NCBI RefSeq assembly: GCF_009914755.1
Contig: NC_060934.1
Length of the DNA stretch: 64,000 bases
Direction: 5' to 3' (one strand)
Source: the human T2T-CHM13v2.0 reference genome, Homo sapiens
The notes under the pieces were generated by a model. The model did no database searches. It saw only the letters and a program-made list of their open reading frames with translations, and was not told the DNA's origin. Made by a program: the position numbers and the translations under genes. This document shows, piece by piece, positions 1 through 13,282 of this stretch (its first letter is position 1; each line of letters starts with the position of its first letter).

Positions 1-242
1 TGTTTTAAAAATATTTATTAATTGATTTGAGGATTACTGGATTACTGTTTCCAGGTATAACATTATTTATATACATAACATATATAATATATTATATATA
101 TATTTTATATATATATTATATAGGGTTCAGTTCACCCAGTTATATTTATTGTATTTAAGGAATCTCCACCCTGGATTAGTTTCTTGGCCAAATTATTATG
201 TAATTTCTTTCTATAAATATAGAACTCTTACTAAAATTTTAG

Positions 243-625
<383 letters not shown>

Positions 626-830
626 TAAATCTGCTCTTTCAATGTCTTCATAATCTATTCCAAACGCTATCAGTAAGCAAATATGTATGTGCACACACTG
701 TCTGGTGTTCTTTTTGTCATCTTCTAGATAGTATTCTGGAATTCTTTAACATCTATAAAAGCAGACTTGTTTTATGACCACTGAATAATCAACTCATTTA
801 GTAATCTTATTAATAGAAAATGTGCAGGGC

Positions 831-944
831 TTTGGGAGGCCAGGGTGGGAGGATCACTTCAGGCCAGAAGTTGGAGACCAGCCTTGGCAACTTAGTGAGA
901 CCCCATCTCTATGCAAAATAAAAATAATAATAATTTTTTAAAAA
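831..944 (+). mobile_element. 5'-truncated left-monomer Alu (FLAM-like)
   Basis: 16-bp TSD agaaaatgtgcagggc at 815 and 945. Confidence 0.85.
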
Positions 945-1344
945 AGAAAATGTGCAGGGCACATAACTTTTCCGTGGCAGATTGTATTTTCTATAGATCA
1001 CCACCAATATACATCTTATCCCACTTGATCTTCTTACAATATGATGCTGCTGTTCTTCCATCAAATGATGACAGTCTGTGTTCTCTCCCTTTGAACCCAG
1101 GCAAATCTTTGTAACTGCTTTGACTAACAGAATATGGCAGAAGTGAGCCTGCTATGTAAAAGGCAATATGGCTTCCATCTCCTTCTTCTCTCTGTCTCCC
1201 TCCACTTTAGAACCCAACCACCACGTTGTGGGGAAGCCCAGACCACATGGAGAGGCCACATGTTAGGGTTCCAACTGACAGCCTCAGCTAAGGTTCCAGC
1301 TAACAGCTAACATTAACCACTAGACAAAAACAAGCCTTCAGACT

Positions 1345-1541
1345 AGAGCTTTCCATAAAAGCTTTCCATAATGGAAACGTTCTATGTCTTCACTGTCCAA
1401 TATGGTTGGTAACTTACTACCACATGAGGCCATCGAGCAGTTCCAACATAGCTAGTGTGAACGAGGAAGTAAATTTTAAATTTTATTTGACTTTAATTAA
1501 TTTAAATAACCACATAATTGCTGCCACATTGTGCAGTTCAG
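1345..1541 (+). mobile_element. MER3 (hAT-Charlie)
   Basis: atggaaacgttctat...ctgtccaatatggt...gctagtgtgaacgaggaagtaaattttaaattttatttg matches the MER3 pattern. Confidence 0.7.
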
Positions 1542-1644
1542 CTTCTCTTGGTTGCAGCCATCAGCCTTGGAGTCTTCCATCTGAAGTACCAGACATCACT
1601 GAGCAAAAACAAACTACCTCCAGTATGTCTTCTCTGTATTCCTC

Positions 1645-2352
1645 TTTTTTTTTTTTTTTTTTTTGAGACGGAGTCTTGCTCTGTCACCCAGGCTGGAGTG
1701 CAGTGGCACAATCTCAGCTCCCTGCAGCCTCTGCCTCCTGGTTCAAGTGATTCTCCTGCCTCAGCCTCCTGAGTAGCTGGGAATACAGGCATGGGCCACC
1801 ATGCCCAGCTCATTCTTGTATTTTTAGTAGAGATGGGGTTTCACCACGTTGGCCAGGATGGTCTCGATCTCCTGACCTCGTGATCCACCCGCCTTGGCCT
1901 CCCAAAGTGTTGGGATTACAGGCGTGAGCCACCACATCTAGCCTCCTAACTCTTGTAAACCATTAAAGAGAGTAACTAATTATTGTTGATTTAAACTACT
2001 CAGTTTTGGAATGATCTGTTAACAAAACAATCAACAAAATTTATTTATTTATTTACTATTTTTTAGAGACAAGGTCTTGCTCTGTTGCCCAGGCTGTAGT
2101 GCAATGGTGTGATCATAGCTCACTGCAGCCTCAAACTCCTGGGGTCAAGCAATCCTCCCACCTCAGCCCCCTGAAGCTGAGACTACAGGTACGTGCCACC
2201 ACCCCTGGATAACTATATATATATATTTTTATATTTTTGTAGATATAGGGTCTTGCTATGTTGCCCAGGTTGGTCTTAAACTCCTGGCCTCAAGTGATTA
2301 TCCCACCTCAGCTTCCCAAAGACAGGCGTGAGCCACCCCAACCCCCACCCCC
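1645..2352 (-). mobile_element. Two Alus (AluS about 1645-1943; AluJ about 2040-2352)
   Basis: Poly-T heads and dimeric Alu bodies. Confidence 0.88.
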
Positions 2353-3907
2353 ATCAACAAGGAATACACTTTCTCTGGTTTATGTGGCTGTTCTCTACAG
2401 CAAATAAAAACTCGCAAGTCTCTTGCATCTTTCCCCCCCCACCCCCGAGGTGAGTTCACAGGAATCTCCCATCTTTAAAAAGCCTTCTGGCTATGATTGT
2501 ATATGTCTTCTTCTCTTCATAGCCAGGCTTCTTGAGTGACCTTCACACCTTCCTCACTCACAGCTTACTTTCTACTCAACCCTCACTAGGCTCTGGACAC
2601 AAAGAAGGTCACAGTAACATTAGTTCAGGCTTCTTTCTCCCTCTTGGGCAGTGTAGGGCTTCAGTGCCCCACCCTATCTTAAAAAGCCACTCCCTCCTGG
2701 CTGAGAAATTGCAAAAACCTATCTCTTCTGAGAGGACTAGAAAGAGACTCTCTTTTTAGGAAAAGGCACCTCTTCCTCAGGGCTGATGCAGTCGTGAGCC
2801 AGGGTCCACGGGTTGGCAAGTGAAGTGTGGGCTCTCCTTGGTTTGATGTCTTTGTGAGGGCACCAGCAGTGCGGGCTGCACAACCTGATGCTGTAGCTGG
2901 GTTCCTGGGGTGCTCTGAGCTTTCTGGAACTTGTCCATCAACATTCCTCTCATGTGGGCTCTGGTCTCCTTGCGGATGTCTGTGGCTCATGACGCTTCTG
3001 GAGGGTGGCATCTTGGGAAGCGCCCATTCCAGTCCACAGTGCTTCCCAAATTGCAGAGCCCTTGGGGTGCTAGCACGGAGCTACTTTCCTGCTTCTTCCC
3101 ACCCCAAAGCTTCCCCGTGCTCCTCAATGAAATGTGAAGAACAGCTGGCCTGTCAGCTCCACTATGCAGCACAAAGATAACCATGAATGCAGCTCTTTAG
3201 GCTGGTGTCTTAGTCTTCCTCTTTGCACCGGGCTCAGAAGCCATCATGGGTGTATGACTGGCCAAGAAATAATGCAGCCCTCTCCATGCACACCCTCTTC
3301 CTATTTCTGCACACCTCCCCTCAGCAGCGTGCAAAGGCCCCTCTTGAGATCCCCTTCTTCCCTTCCTGAAACTGGCTTGTTGTTAGCTCTCAATTGTCAT
3401 CTTGGGATCCAAAGGAGCTTCACGATTGCAAAGTCAGTAAAACTCCCAAATGCTAAGTTTGCCCAAATTAGTCAGATAACTGGGTGGAGAGCGTGGTTTG
3501 GGGTTTCAACTTCCTAGAACACACTACCTCTATGACAAAAGGGAGGGCATATTTCCATGACACCCGGTCTCTGGATGTGGAATAGCCTGCTTTTTCTCTC
3601 CATTGGGAAGACACAAGTTGATTTCACAGAAGGCTGAGCAAATGCCTGACTGTGCTCTGAAAGGCTGTTTTCACAGTCTCAGAAGGCCTGAAACATGGCA
3701 AGCCATCTTATACGCAAAGATTAAACAAGGTATGTCGGGATTTGACTATTTGCCATTTACATCTAGGGGGTCCGTGGGTCAAAAATGAGTACATTCCAGT
3801 CCCTGTAAGAAAGGACCAATTTATAATGAGGGGTTCTAATTTGTTTGGAAAATCCCAAAATATTACTAATTATGTTGATTATAACTGATTCCAAACTTCC
3901 CAGTGAA

Positions 3908-3993
3908 ATACACACACACGCGCGCACACGCACACACACACACATACACACACGCACACGCACACACACATACACACACACACACATACACAT
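3908..3993. repeat. (CA)n/(CG)n/(TA) compound microsatellite, uninterrupted purine-pyrimidine alternation
   Basis: Read directly; 86 bp. Confidence 0.95.
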
Positions 3994-4927
3994 TTTCCCC
4001 CTTACAAATCAGCTTTGGAACACTAAATTAATAATGGATTTGTTATTAATCAAGTAATAAGTTTTGCATTTTTGGTTTAGAGTGAATAAACTCAGTGATA
4101 TTAACTAGACATGAGTTTTGCAAGAGAAAAGGAAATACTATTTTTCCCAAGATGACTTTCTTGGCTATCACTGTCAAAATATTGTCTGGTAGGAAAAAAC
4201 TGCAAGCATGATTAAACTTCTTGCATATTTAGTGAATTTTCAGCATTAACTATACAAGTCCTCACAATCTTGTGAGGTAGATCAATCTCCTTTCTAATTT
4301 GAATAAACAGACTGTCCTCAGAAAGGATACTGATGCTTACTAAAATTCAACGTTTTTAAGAAAACATTTTCATATTGCATACTTATGGATAATTTTACAC
4401 TTAAAACCAAGTGTGTGCCTGGATTTTTCTAGGTCCTCTGACATAAACATGGCATTGTGAAAAAAAAGCTATATTCAGAGTGTTAATTTTGGTATTTCAA
4501 GAAATTCGTCAGTCAGACACAATTATAAATCTAAGCTTGGGTACCAATGCTTCTGTGAAACAAAGCTAGAAGAGATTCCTTTTGCAGACTTATCCCTTGG
4601 GATATTTGGGTGTGGCTTGTTTTCTTCTCTGACCGAAACAAAGATATGCAGGAAAATCTTCTTTTACAACTAAAATTCCTTGTTCTCACAAACGAGCTTG
4701 AGGAAAAAAAAAAGCAGCAGATCTAGCCCAGCTTAATCATTTGCTTCTACTAGTGCATATATTGGATTTAATCCAAGTTAACAAAAATAAAGCCGCAGGA
4801 TAGATACATGCAGTCGTATATTTAAGCTACTGACTCACATACATGTTAATGTCTGAAAGTATTTAAAAAATATGGAGGCGGAAGAAAAACAGTAAGAAGT
4901 GATAAAACATAACAAGTTTTCTTATTC

Positions 4928-4933
4928 TTTATT
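4928..4933 (-). terminator. Poly(A) signal AATAAA (distal; others at 5007-5012 and 5067-5072)
   Basis: tttatt on the + strand. Downstream on the minus strand: cttgttatgttttatcacttcttactgtttttctt. Confidence 0.7.
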
Positions 4934-5886
4934 AGTTTAAAGGAAGCTAGAACCTAATAACAATACGCCACATACGGTTCAGAACCAAACAAAAGCTGCT
5001 TAGTTATTTATTTTGCATTTGCATTTTGTAGGAAGTGAGAAAAAAACAGCTCTATTGGGACTCAAGTTTATTTTCAATTAAAATCCCCATAAATTAGGAA
5101 ATGTCTTATAAAACGGAGAAATTGGAAAAAACTGTTATTCAGAAAAAAACTTTCTTGAGTGTGCTTGTTTCCTGTAGCACCTTGGATTTTGTGATCAGTC
5201 TTTTAAAGATATTTTTTAAAAAATTCAACCTCTGTCTTCACATTTAGGACAGGGCATAACAGTGTCTTGTCCTTTCATGCAAATAAGAGGAAAAATTTAT
5301 ACTTGCTTAGTTTCGAGCATTGAAAGCACTCGCCCCTAATTCTGCCATTTGCTCATGTCCCACATGAATAAAAGGATACAGCTTAGAAACCAGGGCCTTG
5401 CTGCTATTGTATTTTTTTCTAATTAAAATTCAGAGTATTAAACACAGTTGAGTACATCCATGCATACATGACATACCGTCATCACATACCGGAAGCTCCA
5501 ATCAAGAGCCCCGAGCAAAGCTCGTTTCATAACATCATTAAGATTCATTGTACACTGCGTTTCAGAAAGGCTTTGTCAAAGCAGATAATAATGGCCTGTC
5601 AGAAATGCACAAACAGAAATTTATATTAAATTGTCCTTTCCCTCCTTTTAAAATATGGGAATCTATTAATAGCTGCATTCCCGGTATAGGGGACTCAAGT
5701 CTTCAGTTAAAAAAAAGTCCCCAGCTTCTTAATATTGTAAGCTTATTACCAAAATAAGAGTATAAAAAGTTAAGTGAAAAATATTTGAGTAACTAGGTGG
5801 GGGTATTCCTGGGAATACTAATCAAATATAATGACTGTATCAAAACAAAGGAAGGCGGAGCTCAGGAGTGTGAAGGTAGATAGCAT

Positions 5887-5897
5887 TGCTGAGTCAC
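5887..5897 (-). promoter_or_regulatory. Perfect ARE/MARE core GTGACTCAGCA (NRF2/BACH1-sMAF, with embedded AP-1) in the 3'UTR
   Basis: TGCTGAGTCAC on +. Motif match only. Confidence 0.35.
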
Positions 5898-6132
5898 AAG
5901 GCGGAGTGTTTAATTTGGAACAAGTCAAATAAAAGCACTGCTTTCTTTTCCTTAGGAACCTTTGATACTCTTTATATTAACCTCAGAAAAGAAAGCTCTC
6001 TCATTTGAACATTTTTTTCTTTTATATCCTGCTGAGTGAAGATGCCTGGGGGGACAAACTTGACAGCTGGCTTCCCAAGTACAGGCGTAAATATGATGCT
6101 ATCTGGGACTTTAGTGGTGAGAATTCATGTCT

Positions 6133-6180
6133 TTAGACTCGATATTTTTCTTTACCGTGCTCATTGATGACGCATATGTG
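6133..6180 (-). CDS. PRTFDC1: PRTFDC1 terminal exon 9, coding part (HICVINEHGKEKYRV*)
   Basis: Acceptor ttgtttcag|CAC; TAA stop at 6133-6135. Paralogous to the HPRT1 C-terminus HVCVISETGKAKYKA. Confidence 0.97.
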   Translation of the reverse strand, partial: HICVINEHGKEKYRV

Positions 6181-6569
6181 CTGAAACAATAAAGGATTTA
6201 AACGCATCAGTTTCTTAACAAAATATGAGACACAGAAAAGGTGATGCAGTAATAACCGAATGCCATCCTGTAATTGGCTATTGATCATTTAAATAGAAAT
6301 GTGTGTATTTATATGTGTGGGTAAAATCTAAAGAGACCCATTCAAGTGCTTGACAAAAGGTCCTTTGTGGTTTAGTTTGGAGATTCCTATTCTGAATCCG
6401 GCTCCCCAGGTCCCTAAAACCCAGAAATGCTGAGGGAGCTGTATGTTTAGCCCTGCTAGAAACAGAAGTCTCCTACTGGTAAGATGACAACTGCTTGGGT
6501 GAATGGAGAAATAACAGTGGCAAGCACAACATGGGCTCTTATTCAACCCTTTTTGGGCAACAAGCAAAG

Positions 6570-7290
6570 GGTTAGGAATATTTTGATTGAAAGCAACAGA
6601 AATGGGGCCAGGCTAATGTAAGCAAAAAAGGAGGATTTGGATGGGCTCAGTGGCCCCTGTCTGTAATCCCAGTACTTTGGGAGGCTGAGGTGGGAGCATG
6701 ATTTGAAGCCAGGAGTTCAAGACCAGCCTGGACAGCATACGAAGACCCCATCTCTACAGCAAGTAAAAATATTAGCTAGGCATAGTGGCGTGTGCCTGTA
6801 GTCCCAGCTACTCAGGAGGCTGAGGCGGGAGGATCGCTTGAGCCTGGGAGTTCAAGGCTGCAGTGAGCTATGATTGCGTCACTGCACTCTAGCCTAGGTG
6901 AGACTGTGGAGTGAGACCCTGTGTCTTTAAAGAGGGGGGAGGGGGAATTTATTGGTGGAATACTGGGGTAGCTCTCAGAATCCAAGGATGAGCTGGGCAA
7001 TGAAGCAACTAGAAGGCAGGAACAAGGGCAGCTCCAGAGACTTTCACCCATGGTGCTATGGATACTCTCTGGGGGCACTGCTATCCTAGTGGTTGAAGTC
7101 TGAACACACTCAGTCTCTGTGACTTTTGGTTTAAATTTCTAATTCCCAGGACAGAGAGACTGATTGGTCCACTATGGGTAAGTTGTCTACCTCTAGATCA
7201 TGCAGTGTTGGTCAGGGTCACACAGCTGGGGTCCACACTGGGGGTCCACGTCTGTGTGGTGAGATCATTTCCCCCAAAGAGGGAAGAGTT
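6570..7290 (-). mobile_element. Old MLT1 (J/K/L-like) remnant with AluJ inserted at 6639-6931
   Basis: ttttgattgaaagcaacagaaa...aagcaaaaaaggaggattt / attggtggaatactggggtagctctcagaatc pattern. Confidence 0.5.
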
Positions 7291-7676
7291 ATGAGCTGCA
7301 TGCCACTGTAATTGAAACCTGCTAGAGTTCAAGCACTGACACAAACCAGTGTATAGAATATTGGCTATTGTTATGGTTGGTTGGGCACAGTCAATGACTA
7401 TGGAGAAGAATCAGTGTCAAACCATAGTTCTGCTTTTAGCTTCCTATTTCTTTAGTACAAAATAGAGATAATCATAATTTGCCTCTATCATCCTGATACC
7501 TACCCTGCAGAATAGTAGTGGGAGTTAATTGGGAGTATGGATGCAATGTGCTCACCATACTCCTGACATAGAAGATACTCAATCAATAGCAGACATCACT
7601 AACACGCATTCAATACTTTTTTAAATTGTTAAGTTCTTATAAAAAGGGCGGTTAGGGATTTGCATGCAAGACTTAC

Positions 7677-7753
7677 ATTCAGATCTCTGAAGTATTCATT
7701 GTAATCTAAGGCATATCCCACCACAAATAAGTTTGGAATCTCAAATCCAGCAT
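7677..7753 (-). CDS. PRTFDC1: PRTFDC1 coding exon 8 (77 nt; [26 protein letters not shown])
   Basis: Acceptor tctgtctgctaag|AT, donor AAT|gtaagt. Contains the HPRT-family FVVGYALDY motif. Confidence 0.97.
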
Positions 7754-8476
7754 CTTAGCAGACAGAGAAAGAGAAAAAAAAAAAGGAACAAAATTTAGAT
7801 TATATAAATGCAAGTCACCATATGCTGCTGTCGCCACTCAAACTTGAGGACCTTTCATTGAGGCAGGAGGGAGTGAGAAATGGTGAGAAATGCACACGAT
7901 GAGCCCAAGAGGGACCTGGACCCGAAGGACTACTCGGGAGGAAGGAGGCAAGGCAAACAAGCCAACCTACAATGAAGAATGACTGATCTAGCATACAGAG
8001 TTGAGAAAGGGCTCAGGAAGCCTGGTGCATAACAAGAAATATGCATAATTGAGTCACGTGGCCCTGGTGTTCTAAAGCAAGCAGTATGCAGTGATACGAT
8101 GCCAAAGGAAACACTCTCAACAACACAAAGGAAAGTTCAAGCAGAAGGCGTTACGACGCTGCATTATGTGAACAGGTGCGCGGGCCACAGCAACTAGAAA
8201 GCAATTCTCCCGCTGTACTCAGTGTCTTGGCTGTTTAAAGGGCTGGAAAGCAAAAGCCAGGACACAAGATGAAAGGCAACGGGATTGTTCAACTTGAGGA
8301 AGAGAATGTGGAGGTTGCATTAATGCTGGTCTTTGGGTTCATGATGCAGAGGATATTAATGAGCTCCCTACTGAGGGCAGAATGAGAGGAAATGGATTTA
8401 AGCACAGTGCAAGGTACTTATGAAAAGCAAAAGAAGATTCATTGAAAAGATGATGATTTTTTGTCAGAAAGGATTC

Positions 8477-8890
8477 TTTTTTTTTTTCTGAGACCGAGTC
8501 TCGCGATCTTGGCTTACTGCAGCCTCCACCACCAGGGTTCAAGCCATTCTCCTGCCTCAGTTTCCCGAGTAGCTGGGAAGACAGACGTGTGCCACCATGC
8601 CAGGCTAATTTTTGTAGTTTTAGTAGAGATGGGGTTTCACCATGTTGGCCAGGCCAGTCTCGAACTCTTGACCTCAAGTGATCCATCCGCCTCAGTCTCC
8701 CAAAGTGCTGGGATTACAGGCATGGGCCACTGAACCTGGCTATTTTTTGAGAAAGGGTCTCACTCTGTTGTCCAGGCGTGTGATCATGGCTCACGGCAGC
8801 CTCTACCTCCACAGGCTCAGGAGATCCTCTCACCTCAGCCTCCTGAGTAGCTGGGACTACAGGCATGCAAAACTACGCCTGGCTAATACT
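8477..8890 (-). mobile_element. AluS (internally deleted) plus AluJ right monomer
   Basis: Alu consensus matches. Confidence 0.85.
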
Positions 8891-9176
8891 TATTGGAGAG
8901 AATTCTTAAGGAACAGACAATAGCTCTCCTTCTTCAGAAGTCTTGAAACAGAATAAAGGTGCACTGGTCCAGTGATTTTCAAACTTGTTTCAGTGTTTTG
9001 GAATCTTACAGGTTTGTTTATTACAGTATTATAGATGAGAGATTTATTTGCTTACTTTTAATGGAAGTGTACTTGGGTACAGCCAGTGGGCTTATAGCCT
9101 GGGCAAAGTCATCTCCACAGTGACTATGACCAACGATGCTTTCACAAGAAGAAAACGACTGGTTCATGCTCATAGA

Positions 9177-9298
9177 AAGTACTGGAGGTACTTATTTTCT
9201 AGGGGGTTACATTATGGAGTCCCTTGCTAGGAAAATAAGTACTAGAGGTGAGGGACTTATTTTCTAGGGGGTTGCATTATGGAGTCCCTTGCTAGGAA
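9177..9298. repeat. Imperfect tandem duplication of a ~60-bp unique unit
   Basis: acttattttctagggggtt(a/g)cattatggagtcccttgctaggaa occurs twice (9190 and 9255). Confidence 0.9.
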
Positions 9299-9494
9299 GC
9301 CTGCTTGATTCCTCCAAACTGCAGAGTTTCTTGAAAAAAAGAGTAAGAGAGGAGAAGCAAGAGCAGAAGAGGTCAGAAGTTACATTGAGGAGAAAAGAAA
9401 GAATCAATCAGGAGAAAGGAACGCAAAGTACAAAGCCTCATAAATCCAGAGAGAAAGAAGGAACAGAGATTCTGAGCTAGCTAAAAGAATATGA

Positions 9495-9985
<491 letters not shown>

Positions 9986-10169
9986 TTAGGCAGGGCAACT
10001 CACACTGGGAAAATGAGAGCCCAAAGCCTATTTAGAAGGCCAAAACTTGAGATGTCATAGAATAAAAGGATGATGGATCAGCAGGACAATCATGAATCAG
10101 AGTGACCTATCCTTAGCTGGTAAATGCAGGCAGCTCCTACACTTACATTTGCAATAGCAGATGTTACTT

Positions 10170-10430
10170 GCAGATGTAGTGGAAGAGTCAGGGCAGTGAC
10201 TGAAACCAGATTGCCTGGGCTTAATATTGGCCTGACACTCATGGCTACATGACTTTGGCAAGCTATTTAAGCTTGCTGTGCTCAATTTCCTCATCTGTAA
10301 AATAGGTACAACAACAGCTCCTACCTTTAGAGAGCTATTGTGTGGATGAAATGAGCTAATCTCTGTATAGCTCTTAGAATAGTGCATGGCACATCACGAC
10401 CTCTTCCTAGTGTTAGCTGCTATTATTTTA
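10170..10430 (+). mobile_element. MIR (other MIR remnants near 7420-7590, 36280-36480, 44560-44720, 49920-50110)
   Basis: MIR core gactttggcaagctatttaagc...ctcaatttcctcatctgtaaaatagg. Confidence 0.7.
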
Positions 10431-11606
10431 TTGCTGTTATTATAAGTGATATAAGAAATTTGTCATTGAAGTGAATGTTTTTCAACTTCAGTTAAAATCT
10501 TATTTATACACTGAGTATCCTGTACTATTTCCTTAGACAATTTCTGCTTAGTAACCGCATGCAACCTTGACTACATCCAGATTATACCTTTGATAATAGT
10601 AATAGATGAGAACATGCGATTGGGTCTCTCTGCCCAGAACTGACATGGTCCAGAGTTAACACATCCAGCACAGGCATGAAACTTGTTTTCAGAATGTAGA
10701 GTCACTGGCTAAATGTCGCTGGCATGTCACCCATCCATACTGCACTTCTCTTTCGCTAATGTTTGTTCAGCTTGCTGAAGAGAACTGTAGCCAAATTATC
10801 CCAGGAGCTTTGGAGCAAATGTAAGTTATAAAAATCAAGCTGAAGTCTGCCTATGCAAGTGAAAAAAAATCGCCTCTAGTGTTAGAATAATAAATAATTA
10901 GGCTGCGTGTTTATCCTTCTTGGTGTTAGAACTAGGCTTATTATGGGGAGAAGGGAGGAGAGTGTCCTAGATGAGGAAGCCCTAGAGAACACACATCTGA
11001 AGTCAAGTGTGAAGATGGTATCTAGAGATACCTGCTCTGCTAATTCTCTGTGTTACGGAGCTTTGGTTTGGAGGTGAAGGGGAGCTGTCTTAGATTTCCC
11101 CTTCTGTGCGTTACAATTCAGGCTTGCTAAAGGTCACCATTGTGCGTTGTCTGGTAATAGTTCCGGATGATGGCATAAGAATCCCTCTAAACCTCCATAG
11201 CACCTCTCCTTGTCTGACTGGTGAGAATAGAGGCCAAGGCGGGGATCCTATGTGTCTGAGTCAGTCCAGCGGGATCAGGTCTTCCTCTACTCCCTGAAAC
11301 TTTTCAGCTGACTTCTCTGTAGTTAAGGTGCTGTGTGAAACATACAAATAAAAATACCCAATGCACGGAACAGAGTTCCTGTGAAAGATGCAAATTAGAA
11401 CATTGAAGACCCTCATTTTGAAGGGTTCTGTTTTCCCTATCAAGGTGGGGGAGATCATGAGGAATCCGTGGGACTATCAGCCCTACACAGTTTCAAATCC
11501 ACATGCAATGCTGTCAAATAGGAAACCAAAGATTCTTAAACATAAAATGAAACACCATAAGCACAAAACAAACAAACAAACAAACAAAAAACTGAAAAAC
11601 ACTTAC

Positions 11607-11653
11607 AGTCAGGTCTAAAGCCGTCACTTCTGGATGTTCTCTTCACCAACAAA
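11607..11653 (-). CDS. PRTFDC1: PRTFDC1 coding exon 7 (47 nt; S-LLVKRTSRSDGFRPD-Y)
   Basis: Acceptor ttttttaatggtag|T, donor ACT|gtaagt. Phases match the neighbouring exons (AG+T=Ser, T+AT=Tyr). Confidence 0.96.
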
Positions 11654-11801
11654 CTACCATTAAAAAAGACATGCTTTAGTGAACCCAATCAAATCTCTAT
11701 GAATTGTAAATAGAATCAAGCATCATTAAAAGATGTACTTGAAATACATATTTTGCTACTGTGGCACTATATAGATGGTTCTGGATAAAAAGAAGACAGC
11801 A

Positions 11802-12936
<1,135 letters not shown>

Positions 12937-13199
12937 TCATCCAGCTGCTCCTGGAAACAGCTAATGGAGGCACAGTAAAGAGGAACTCAGAAACACGGCA
13001 AAGCACGTCTTCTTCCCTTACTTCTCTCAGGCTAGCAGTCAAGGGCTGTTTTTCAGTGTGGTCAAGCTGTAATACCCCAGGGGAAAAGGTCACTAGTTTG
13101 GAATATATTACACTCTTTGGAAAGAGCATCCTGTGTTAGCATCCCTTTTGGGCTTGCTTGGAAAACTAGAAATCACCATGCTATGAATGTCCAACTCAC

Positions 13200-13282
13200 C
13201 TGGCTACCTTAATCATGTTGGGCTTGTATTTCTCTATATTGCTGAGTAGTGCTTTCATGGTCCTCCCAGTTCCGACAACATC
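13200..13282 (-). CDS. PRTFDC1: PRTFDC1 coding exon 6 (83 nt; DVVGTGRTMKALLSNIEKYKPNMIKVA-S)
   Basis: Acceptor tttgcaaag|GAT, donor CAG|gtgagt. Completes the PRPP-binding motif VLIVEDVVGTG. Confidence 0.97.

Larger units (their letters stand above)
973..2368 (+). mobile_element. Old MLT1 (MLT1H-like) MaLR LTR interrupted by MER3 and two Alus
   Basis: Starts cgtggcagattgtattttc, has gaagcccagaccacatggagaggccac internally, ends ggaataca. Flanks ttttc/ctttc. Confidence 0.65.
4905..6132 (-). other. PRTFDC1: PRTFDC1 3'UTR (3' end approximate)
   Basis: Repeat-free sequence from the stop codon to AATAAA at 4928-4933, followed by a U/GU-rich downstream element. Confidence 0.75.

Noticed and set aside
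9177-9298. CRISPR-like repeat-spacer array
   Set aside because: Only two copies, in primate intronic DNA with no cas genes; it is a simple duplication.
10770-10823. Plus-strand exon-like segment (ttcag|...aat|gtaagt)
   Set aside because: An isolated splice-like pair antisense to PRTFDC1 with no partner exons; expected by chance.
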